Of a stretch of DNA of 43,128 bases, positions 27,192 through 35,119 are shown piece by piece; position 1 is the first letter of the stretch, and each line of letters opens with the position of its first letter. The notes beneath the pieces were generated by a model. It had not been told where the DNA came from, made no database searches, and saw only the letters and a program-made list of their open reading frames with translations. The position numbers were made by a program, and so were the translations under genes. This DNA is from a virus (taxonomy: Duplodnaviria; Caudoviricetes): positions 1-43,128 of the IMG/VR virus record IMGVR_UViG_3300029286_000092; one strand, given 5' to 3'.

Positions 27192-27563
27192 TCAATTCCC
27201 CCTCATTTTCTTCACAATTTCTATATTGCAAGTTGTCTTTATCTCCTGATACTTCAAATTGAAAGCTTTATCCGTATCAATCAGGTTGTTCACCGTCCTG
27301 ATAGCATGGGAAACCGTTGCATGATCAAAATTCCCGAAATGATACCCGATTTTTGATAGTGCAACTGTGTTAAAATAATCTGTTGTGAACTCCTTGATCA
27401 GTTGCATTGCCATATAGCGGGGTTCCACATAATGCCTGGTCCGGTTGCGGGTAATTATCCCTCCCCTGGGTATTCCGTAGGAATCCTCCACTGTGTGCGT
27501 GATAATTGTTATTTTCATCCAAGTATCTGAATCAAATACTGCGTTGCAAGGATTTGATTTCAT
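27192..27563 (-). CDS. Stand-alone DnaA domain IV (Bac_DnaA_C-like HTH) protein
   Basis: RTRHYVEPRYMAMQL....LSKIGYHFGNFDHATVSHAIRTV matches the DnaA C-terminal signature. Confidence 0.82.
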   Translation of the reverse strand: MKSNPCNAVFDSDTWMKITIITHTVEDSYGIPRGGIITRNRTRHYVEPRYMAMQLIKEFTTDYFNTVALSKIGYHFGNFDHATVSHAIRTVNNLIDTDKAFNLKYQEIKTTCNIEIVKKMRGN

Positions 27564-28003
27564 AACAGGTAGGATTTGATTGCTAATTCCGCTTCCTGTG
27601 CCGACCGGCATACAACATACTTGTTACCGGCTGCAATCATTTCGAACATCCAGCCTTTTTGCGGTGGTGATTGGGTGCCTTCAGTGGTTTTCATTTCGAT
27701 GGCAAGGCAGCCATAACCCTTCCTGGGAAGCAGCAGGAGCAAATCCGACACCCCGGCTGTTGTACCCATCTCCTTCAGCTCCTTCCCTTCCCGGCAGAAC
27801 TCCACTTCTGTGCCGTCCTTTTTCTTCACCTTCATGCTGGATCGCTTGCCGCCGTTTGGAACGTGGATCAGCAGCTTTGCATATTTCGGATATTGTAATC
27901 GGAACCAGTTTACCACTGATTTCTGTGAATTTGTTTCAATACTATTCCGTTTTCCTCGGCCAAGGAGTTCCTGTAATTGTTGGTTTGGTGTCATCAGCTT
28001 CAT
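27560..28003 (-). CDS. VRR-NUC domain nuclease
   Basis: E...Q..VV.WF, HVPNGG.R, GVSDL, IEMK...G.QS..QK. Confidence 0.85.
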   Translation of the reverse strand: MKLMTPNQQLQELLGRGKRNSIETNSQKSVVNWFRLQYPKYAKLLIHVPNGGKRSSMKVKKKDGTEVEFCREGKELKEMGTTAGVSDLLLLLPRKGYGCLAIEMKTTEGTQSPPQKGWMFEMIAAGNKYVVCRSAQEAELAIKSYLL

Positions 28004-28045
28004 TGCTTTTGTTTTTCAATTTTTTGTGTCCCATATATTTCAAAT

Positions 28046-28360
28046 TTAGTGCTTCAATTTAACTGTTGTAAACAGCTTCTTTATATCTTCCGGGATCCGC
28101 TTGTATTTCAATTCCGTTACCAGGTAAGAGATGAATTTATGATCCGGTATGGTAATGTAAGTGGTGCCGGCTGAGACGAATGGAGTTTTGCTGTCTTCAT
28201 CCTGCGGGGGGATCCCGTCGGGGTAGCGGATGGCAATGAATTTTGCGATTGCATCGGCCTCAAGTTGGTTGATCTCTTCAATGTTTCTTACAAACTTCCG
28301 TTCAAGCTTTCGCCTGTATGTTTTTCCGTTTACTATCCGGAGAGATATTACGTGTATCAT
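28046..28360 (-). CDS. Hypothetical protein
   Basis: ORF in operon context. Confidence 0.55.
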   Translation of the reverse strand: MIHVISLRIVNGKTYRRKLERKFVRNIEEINQLEADAIAKFIAIRYPDGIPPQDEDSKTPFVSAGTTYITIPDHKFISYLVTELKYKRIPEDIKKLFTTVKLKH

Positions 28361-28601
28361 AGTGTTTTGAGTTGACCTTTTTCCAGTATTCGTTAGTTAT
28401 TATGGCATAGTGTTTACGCTCCCTTCCCTGCCTGAGCGCCTCCAGGGTTTCGTCGGTGGTAAGCACCTTTGTCCGGTGTGCTTTTTTGTAACTTTCTACA
28501 GCTTTTGTCGCTTCCTCGCCCGAAAGGGTTATTCCGCTGTATTGCTCCGGTGGTATGTCAACCATCACCAGGCCTTTATTTGTTATCTGTGGTATTTTCA
28601 T
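28302..28601 (-). CDS. Hypothetical protein
   Basis: TGATG-coupled to the dnaB stop. Confidence 0.6.
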   Translation of the reverse strand: MKIPQITNKGLVMVDIPPEQYSGITLSGEEATKAVESYKKAHRTKVLTTDETLEALRQGRERKHYAIITNEYWKKVNSKHYDTRNISPDSKRKNIQAKA

Positions 28602-30076
28602 CAGAACCCTGGTTTATCTGGAAAGTCGTAGTTATCCGGAAAATCATACTTCTGCGTTTCAATTTCGTAATTGAATATTTTGGTCATGCTTTCGTTGTAG
28701 CGGAATTTTACATCCTCACATGAGCCGTCCCTGTGCTTTGCAAAAATCATCTTCCCAACACCGATAAGCGAATTACCTGCGGCATCTTCTTTTATCCCGT
28801 AGTATTCGGGACGGTAGATAAATGCTACAAGGTCGGCGTCCTGCTCTATTGCGCCTGATTCGCGCAGGTCGGCAAGCTGTGGTTCTTTTTCCTTCCTGTC
28901 CTCGGTTTTTCTCGAAAGTTGGCTGAGCAACATGAAAGGCACATCCAATTCTTTGGCTATAATCTTCGCCTGGCGGCTGGCTTGTGAGACTTCCTGCTCA
29001 CGGTTGCGGTTCTTTTCACCGGTGCTCATGTCGGCCAGTTGCAGGTAATCAACCATTATCATCCCGCACTTTCCCTTACGTTGCATGATTCGGCTTTTGC
29101 TGCGTATGTAACGCATCGAAACAATCGGGTTCGGATCAATGTAGATTGGAAGACGTGAGAGCATCTGCCGTGCAATGTTAACCTCAGCCCAATCTTCTGA
29201 AGTCATAAACCCTTTTTTAAACCGGTAAGAGTCAACATTGCATGATGAAAGTATCATCCTGTTAGCAAGTGAAATATCTGACATTTCCAGGGAGTAAATA
29301 CAGACCGGAGTGCCGGATATAGCTGCTTCTTTTGCAAAGTGGAGCATCAATGCCGTTTTTCCCATTCCAGGCCTTGCCGCCAAGATTATCAGGTCAGAAT
29401 TTTTCCAACCTCCAGTAAGCTGGTTAACCTCTTTCAGTCCAGAATTTACACCGGTTGATTTTCCCTCTTTAACCATCAGCTCCCTCCTCTTTGCCTCTTC
29501 AATGGCTTTTTCGACTGCATCGGTGATGTGGCACATTGATCCGCCACGGACAGAGATTTCGGATATTTTTGAAATCGAGGCATCCGCATGGTCGAGCAGT
29601 TCAAAGGCATCCTCCGTGTCCATGAATGCTTTTGAATTTATTTCACCTGAAACCCTGATAAGTTCGCGTGCCAGGTATTTTTGAAGCAATATCCCTGCAT
29701 GGTATTCTATGTTGGCAGTGGAGGCGATGCGGGATGTAAGTTGGGTAATATAAAACGGGCCTCCTGAAAGTTCAAGAGTGCCTTTGTTTCGCAATTCGTT
29801 GGCTACTGTAAGGATGTCAATCTTTCTGTTGTCATCGTACAACGAAAGGATTGCTTCGTAAATGATCTGGTGAGCTTCTTTGTAGAAAACGTCCGGGGAT
29901 AGTTGGTTTATTACGAAAGGTAATGTACCGCTTTCGAGCATAAGCCCTCCAAGGACAGTTTCTTCAAGGTCAATAGCCTGTGGTGGCAATTTTCCGTGTT
30001 CCAACTCCCTGCGTGGCAGTCTTGGTTTAGAAAATCTTTGAGAGTCGCTGTGTATCGTCTTCTGTGTCTGATCCAT
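28601..30076 (-). CDS. dnaB: Replicative DNA helicase
   Basis: LPPQAIDLEE, LAARPGMGKT, SLEMS, VDYLQL, LSQLSR, DLRESGAIEQDAD, AKHRDG. Confidence 0.96.
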   Translation of the reverse strand: MDQTQKTIHSDSQRFSKPRLPRRELEHGKLPPQAIDLEETVLGGLMLESGTLPFVINQLSPDVFYKEAHQIIYEAILSLYDDNRKIDILTVANELRNKGTLELSGGPFYITQLTSRIASTANIEYHAGILLQKYLARELIRVSGEINSKAFMDTEDAFELLDHADASISKISEISVRGGSMCHITDAVEKAIEEAKRRELMVKEGKSTGVNSGLKEVNQLTGGWKNSDLIILAARPGMGKTALMLHFAKEAAISGTPVCIYSLEMSDISLANRMILSSCNVDSYRFKKGFMTSEDWAEVNIARQMLSRLPIYIDPNPIVSMRYIRSKSRIMQRKGKCGMIMVDYLQLADMSTGEKNRNREQEVSQASRQAKIIAKELDVPFMLLSQLSRKTEDRKEKEPQLADLRESGAIEQDADLVAFIYRPEYYGIKEDAAGNSLIGVGKMIFAKHRDGSCEDVKFRYNESMTKIFNYEIETQKYDFPDNYDFPDKPGF

Positions 30077-30833
30077 TGTTTATGTTTTTTTCTACCCATC
30101 CACCAAATCTATTCTTAGCCTCTTTGATAGTAATGGGAAATTGATCTGCTTTTCTTAATTTCATTAAAAATTCTTTCATCAGTCTTTTCACATTTTCAAC
30201 CGATTTGAATTTTGCATCAGTCATAATTAATGTTTCTTGCCAAAGTGCGGAGTTGATGAATTCTTTCAGTAATTCATCATAACCAAGTGAATAATTATCA
30301 ATCTGAAAATCCTCGCGCGCGTAGAGAGAGTTCTTCTCCTTTCCTTTCTTCTCCTTTCCTTTCTGTGGAATAATGTCATTTTTATCTGGAATAATGTCAG
30401 ATTCTTCCTGAATAATGTCAGATTCTTCCTGAATAATGTCAGATTCTTCCATCAGTCTTATTTTTTTAGGAATTTGAATTCCACTTCTTTTGTACTTTTT
30501 ACTTGCATCTATATACCTTCTTTGGATGGATAATGAAGTCAAAACGTTTCCACTTGTGAGCAGTTCCTTATTAAATAGACCCACAACACCGCAGTATTTT
30601 ACTACCTCATTAACCAACGATTCTTTGATACCGAAATACTCAGCCACGTCAAAAGCAGTACTTTCGTCCCACTGCATGAAACAGCCTTTCACCCTGTATA
30701 TTTCGCAAAGCAGATAATCATAAATAGCAATCCCGGAACATCCGAAATTCTTTTTCAGCCTCTTGATACGAATATCAAGATACCGGTCAGTGTCAACAGA
30801 ATAATAATTAAAACCTGTTTTATTATGTGCCAT
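30027..30833 (-). CDS. Phage replication initiator (DUF4373/Lin1244-like)
   Basis: GFNYYSVDTD..LDIRIKRL...G..G.AIY, LTSLSIQRRY, KGKEKKGKE linker; upstream of dnaB. Confidence 0.8.
   Translation of the reverse strand: MAHNKTGFNYYSVDTDRYLDIRIKRLKKNFGCSGIAIYDYLLCEIYRVKGCFMQWDESTAFDVAEYFGIKESLVNEVVKYCGVVGLFNKELLTSGNVLTSLSIQRRYIDASKKYKRSGIQIPKKIRLMEESDIIQEESDIIQEESDIIPDKNDIIPQKGKEKKGKEKNSLYAREDFQIDNYSLGYDELLKEFINSALWQETLIMTDAKFKSVENVKRLMKEFLMKLRKADQFPITIKEAKNRFGGWVEKNINNGSDTEDDTQRLSKIF
30368..30450. repeat. Four 21-bp-period direct repeats (putative origin iterons)
   Basis: gaataatgtca at 30368, 30389, 30410, 30431; three are followed by gattcttcc. Confidence 0.85.
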
Positions 30834-30844
30834 ATTTACAATTA

Positions 30845-31069
30845 TTATCTTGTAAGAAAATCTTTTACTTCTTCATCCAGATTGGCTTCAAAACAAAGCC
30901 TTTCCTTGCCAGCCCATTTAATAAAACTTTTTACTCTATTGCCCAGTAAGCTTAATAGATTAAGCCTGTCCTTCAACTCTGATTCTATTCGTGCTGAGTA
31001 TTTACGGGCATGGTATAAATCCATTGCTTTATACCAGCTTTTAGTGGGTAATTTTTTTCTTTTCTTCAT
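30845..31069 (-). CDS. Hypothetical basic protein
   Basis: ORF filling the gap; AT-rich. Confidence 0.5.
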   Translation of the reverse strand: MKKRKKLPTKSWYKAMDLYHARKYSARIESELKDRLNLLSLLGNRVKSFIKWAGKERLCFEANLDEEVKDFLTR

Positions 31070-31071
31070 AT

Positions 31072-33833
31072 TTAAAAGTTCTTTTCTTGGTTAAATAAAT
31101 TTGCTACCAGGTCAACGATGCTCTCCGCTACCTGCTCAGTGGCCCCGGTGATGGTTTTGGCAATCTCACGCTTAGTCTGTATGATCTGGTAAATCTTCTC
31201 GTCAATCGTATTCTGCCCTAAAAAGTAAGTACACGTAACACTATCCTTTTGCCCTATGCGGTGGCACCTGTCCTCGCACTGGTCGGTGTCGGCTGCTGTC
31301 CAGGGTAGCTCTACAAATGCCACCCGGGATGATGATGTTAGCGTTAACCCTACCCCTGCTGCCTTTATGCTGCACACTATAAGTTTTACATTCTTGTTGT
31401 TCTGAAAGCTGTCAATAGCATGTTGCCTGGATGGCATATCATCTTCACCAGTGATACTAACGGCCTTCGGGTAGTGCTCTTTTATGGCATGGATAACTTC
31501 TTTCAGGTGTGCAAACAGCACAAGCTTTTCACCCGATTCAAGTATATCATCAACAAACTCGTACACATCGGCCAGCTTCCCACGGGCTGAAATATTCTTG
31601 AGGATCCCGATTGTTACCATGATCTCACCCCGCAGGCTCCTGGCTATTTTCTCATCATCGGCATCCTTGTATTCGCGCAGGTATTTTATCAGGTCGGCTT
31701 CCGCATCCTGGTACTCCTTTCGGGTTGATATTTCGCATATTGCCACCTGGCGCATCTTATCCGGTAGGTCCTTCAATACATCCTGCTTGTCACGGCGATA
31801 GAAGCAGGTAAGGTTCAGTTTATAATTTAGTTCCCGAAGGTTGCTGGATTCGTCGGCTCCTGAGCAATAACGCTGTGTGAATGCTGTGTACCCTCCGAAA
31901 GCATTCATCTGGTCGATGATGCCTAACTGCGATATCAAATCCTTTGGTTTGTTGATCACCGGCGTTCCGGTAAGGGCAAGGATGTATTCCTTCCCGGTGC
32001 AGATACCTTTACTAAATTTTGCCTGCTGCGTTTTCGAATCCTTACAGTTTGAAACTAAAATTCCGTTGGCAAAATAGTTGTGATTGTCGGATATTTCTAA
32101 ATCATATACTTTTTCAATTCTTCCAGTACTGCCGGTAAATCCGTCAAAATTTGCTGATTGGTAAACCTCACAACTTTCCACCCTAACGAGTTCAAGACCT
32201 TCGTTTTGAACTGATCTATTATTTTGATCTCCGCAGTTTTGTGAGAATGCCCATCTACCTCTATGGAAAGCCTTATTTCCGGAATAGCAATGTCCGATTT
32301 GTAGCAATAGGCCACCTTGTGAAACTGGCCTTTTACTGAATCCGTTATGATTGGAAATTCCAGTGCTGATTCCGGCAAATTCAATGCCTCCCATAGCTTC
32401 AATTGTGGCTCTGTCATTTGACCATTTCCGCCCCTGGATGGAAACGGACGTCCTTTGAGTTTTGCCGAAATCTTTTCCGATACACCGGGCATGTGAATAG
32501 GGTTGTTTGCCTTCATTCGGTCGGAGTGCATTTTTCTCAATTCCGGGTTTTGCATCTGGATTGTAGCAGCAATTCTCATTTTCTCTCGGTGTTCGGGGGT
32601 TCTGTTTCCGTCTGAAGCCCCTGGTTGAGACATCCTCCATTTTGCCGAACAGCTTTGAGTGCAAAACCTGTTTGCTTTGTGCCTCTTTACGAAAAAGGAT
32701 TTTCCGCACCACTGGCAGATTCTTTCCACTTCCGGCTTGGCTCTCTGTAAAGTTTGCAACGCTTTGATTTCCGGTCTTGCATTTACCATTTTCGAGGCGC
32801 AACTCTTTGAGCAACATTTCGCCGTTGTCTTCCCTGATTTCACTGTTAAAAATGGATTCCCGCAACAAATACAAATAATCTCCACTTTCGATTTCAGATA
32901 CTTCCTTGAACCGTCCGGCTGAAGTATATATTTTGTGGTTTTCTGTTGCCGTGAATTCTCCTTTTTCATGCCTGACTTTGTAGAGTTGTTTAAATCCTGT
33001 TTCATTTTCCCAGAGTGTTTTAATTTGCTTTAAAGATACTGATAAATCTGATAAATTAACCGACTGAACAAGCAAATTAGATAACTTTTTTTCAACAATC
33101 TCGCCAATCGGGATTAGCCCCTTGTTTGTCGAAATTTTTGTTTCATAAGGAAAACACCTATGCGATTCATCAATGATCACACTCTTGAACATACCTACAA
33201 ATTGCCTCTTGAAATGGATATGGTTGATGCGGAGCTTCTGCCCTTTCGGGATTTCGATCTTCTCTACAAAATACTTTTTCAGGCTTTCGTAGTTCACAAT
33301 GAATACCTGTATCAGGTTGGCCTCCCAGAACAGGTTGAAGTTCCTTTTTACCGAATCGTTCAATATCATGCACTTTTTGTTTGTCCACATCGCCCATTCC
33401 CTCTCCCAGTTTACCTTCAGGCTTGAGGGTGCTATCACCAGGCATGGAAATGCGTTGGCAGCGGTGATGGTGGCGATGGCCTGTGCCGTTTTACCCAGGC
33501 CGGGCTGGTCTCCGATGATAAGTTTCTTCTTCTCCAGGGCATAAGCTACCCCTGTAGACTGGAATGGGAACAGTTCCATCTTGAGAGGGATCTGTACGGT
33601 AAGTTGTGGAAGTGGGGGTATTTCCGCATAGGTTTCGTCAACCGTATCGGCGATGAATGTGAACCCGTTGCGGGAAGCGAAATTCCGGACATCATCCTCG
33701 TGGAATGAAGGTACTATCCAGCATTTGTTCACCGGGTCGAACCTCCGTCCGGGAAGCTCTTTCACCTTATCCACCAGGTAAGGGTTGTAGTGGAAAGCTA
33801 TGCGGAAATAATTGCCTGATTGGTGATCTGCAT
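31072..33833 (-). CDS. SNF2/SMARCAL1(HARP)-like helicase interrupted by an intein; apparent frameshift near codon 5
   Basis: GDQPGLGKT, NYESL, IIDESHR/CK, LTGTPVIN, GVGLTLT, QCEDRCHRIGQ. The long open frame is 31072-33774; the natural-looking ATG at 33833 is out of frame. Confidence 0.88.
32047..33156 (-). mobile_element. Intein (370 aa) in helicase motif II
   Basis: Block A CFPYETKISTNKGLIPIGEIV, block B FTATENHKIY, block F KVYDLEISDNHNYFANG, block G ILVSN followed by +1 Cys; excision restores DESHRCKD. Confidence 0.92.
32097..33005 (-). CDS. Putative homing endonuclease (2x Cys4 Zn finger, NUMOD3-like, DUF559/Vsr-like nuclease) nested in the +1 frame of the intein
   Basis: CICCGNPF..CCSKSC; CQWCGKSF..FCTQSC; RTPEHREKMR; MTEPQLKLW.AL, YKSDIA, IEVDGHSH, D..K..VLNSLGWKVVRFTNQQI. 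Confidence 0.85.
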   Translation of the reverse strand: MKQDLNNSTKSGMKKENSRQQKTTKYILQPDGSRKYLKSKVEIICICCGNPFLTVKSGKTTAKCCSKSCASKMVNARPEIKALQTLQRAKPEVERICQWCGKSFFVKRHKANRFCTQSCSAKWRMSQPGASDGNRTPEHREKMRIAATIQMQNPELRKMHSDRMKANNPIHMPGVSEKISAKLKGRPFPSRGGNGQMTEPQLKLWEALNLPESALEFPIITDSVKGQFHKVAYCYKSDIAIPEIRLSIEVDGHSHKTAEIKIIDQFKTKVLNSLGWKVVRFTNQQILTDLPAVLEELKKYMI

Positions 33834-33838
33834 ATTAA

Positions 33839-34117
33839 TCAGAATGGGAGATCGTCTTCTTTTTGGGTATTGTCAATAAGTTCCTGAGCATTCACAACTT
33901 CAGAATAAGAATGGCTGTTTGGGTAGGCAACAATTCTATAGGCCTCTTCCAGTTTCGCTGCGTTCCTGGGGTTGTTCGCCTCTACAAACTTCTTCGCTGC
34001 GTCAAGAGCCTGTGTTGCCGTTTCGTCTGCAGCCAGTTCGATTTCGATCCCGACTTTTTCATTCTGGTAATTGCCCAGGTTGAAACATTTTTCGTAATAA
34101 ATTCTCGTTGCTTTCAT
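33839..34117 (-). CDS. Hypothetical phage protein
   Basis: FNLGNYQNEKVGIE motif; acidic DDLPF tail. Confidence 0.7.
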   Translation of the reverse strand: MKATRIYYEKCFNLGNYQNEKVGIEIELAADETATQALDAAKKFVEANNPRNAAKLEEAYRIVAYPNSHSYSEVVNAQELIDNTQKEDDLPF

Positions 34118-34323
34118 TGGTTTGTGATTTTAGTTAATGGATAAATCTGTGATTTTTTGAAAGGCAGGTAACCCGCCCCGGGAACAAACAATGTAACCAC
34201 ATTGCCCGATGGGTTGAGGGCTACCCGGTACTCCCTGAACTCGTTTTTCGCTATTTTCAAAGCTACTTTTTGCCCGTTGTAAATGTTTCTGCGCCAGCGC
34301 AATAGTTCAAAATATTCTAACAT
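34114..34323 (-). CDS. Hypothetical protein
   Basis: ATGA overlap with the next gene; likely ATG at 34323. Confidence 0.55.
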   Translation of the reverse strand: MLEYFELLRWRRNIYNGQKVALKIAKNEFREYRVALNPSGNVVTLFVPGAGYLPFKKSQIYPLTKITNQ

Positions 34324-34334
34324 TGTTCCTGTTG

Positions 34335-34517
34335 TTATTTGGGGTTTGTGCACATAAATTTGAAGTCGTCACCGCAGCAATGTTTCTGCTTCTTTCCCGA
34401 CCCGCAGGCACATTTTTCGTTCCTGCCTTTTTTTGTGCTGATCAGCTGCTGGCCACTTTCTTTGGGGGAGATCAAAACGATTTTTCTTTTTTTGTCCATA
34501 GCGTTAAGGGGTAACAT
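34335..34517 (-). CDS. Small SEC-C motif protein
   Basis: GRNEKCACGSGKKQKHCCG. Confidence 0.75.
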   Translation of the reverse strand: MLPLNAMDKKRKIVLISPKESGQQLISTKKGRNEKCACGSGKKQKHCCGDDFKFMCTNPK

Positions 34518-34518
34518 C

Positions 34519-34890
34519 TTAGGGAGTTTCCTTCTTCCCTTTTATCAGCGTGAGTGCCCTTTTGCTAAATTTCAACTCACCGATCGAGAATTCGTACGTA
34601 GTTTGCTTTTCCTTCATAAATTGTGCAATGTATTTTGCAATCCCGGCGCAATACGCCCGCATCAACTTATGCTTTCCCGTAGGTTTTCCAAGCATAAATC
34701 CATCGTCGTCATCCTTCAGGTAAAATATTCCATCTTCAAATTCCAGCAGGAAGGAACTGCCTTGCTTCAACACTAATACCGATTGTGCCGAAACCGAGAA
34801 CATCATGCTGTTCGTACTTATGCTAAGTACCAGGGGTGCGTTGCTGGATCGGAATTCTTCCAGCGTTTTGGGTGTGATTTCTATTTTCAT
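34519..34890 (-). CDS. Hypothetical protein
   Basis: ORF in operon context. Confidence 0.6.
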   Translation of the reverse strand: MKIEITPKTLEEFRSSNAPLVLSISTNSMMFSVSAQSVLVLKQGSSFLLEFEDGIFYLKDDDDGFMLGKPTGKHKLMRAYCAGIAKYIAQFMKEKQTTYEFSIGELKFSKRALTLIKGKKETP

Positions 34891-34901
34891 TTTGTTTAGG
34901 T

Positions 34902-35102
34902 TTAGGGTGTATTTATAGGTTTAACTTTTTCGTAATTTTCTGGCCATACGACGCATTCATGGAAATAGCCCTGCTTGTAAACATCAAAATGCATTGCGCC
35001 TACTTTGCTCACCGGATCCGGGATAGCATTTATTATGTCACCGGGTTTAATTCCCAGCCCCAGCAGTTCAGTTTCCAGTTCTCCTTTTAATCTGATTATC
35101 AT
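34902..35102 (-). CDS. Hypothetical protein
   Basis: ORF in operon context. Confidence 0.55.
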   Translation of the reverse strand: MIIRLKGELETELLGLGIKPGDIINAIPDPVSKVGAMHFDVYKQGYFHECVVWPENYEKVKPINTP

Positions 35103-35119
35103 ATATTGAATATGTTTTT

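Noticed and set aside
30368-30450. CRISPR-like array
   Set aside because: Repeats are contiguous with no unique spacers, lie inside a CDS, and no cas genes are present.
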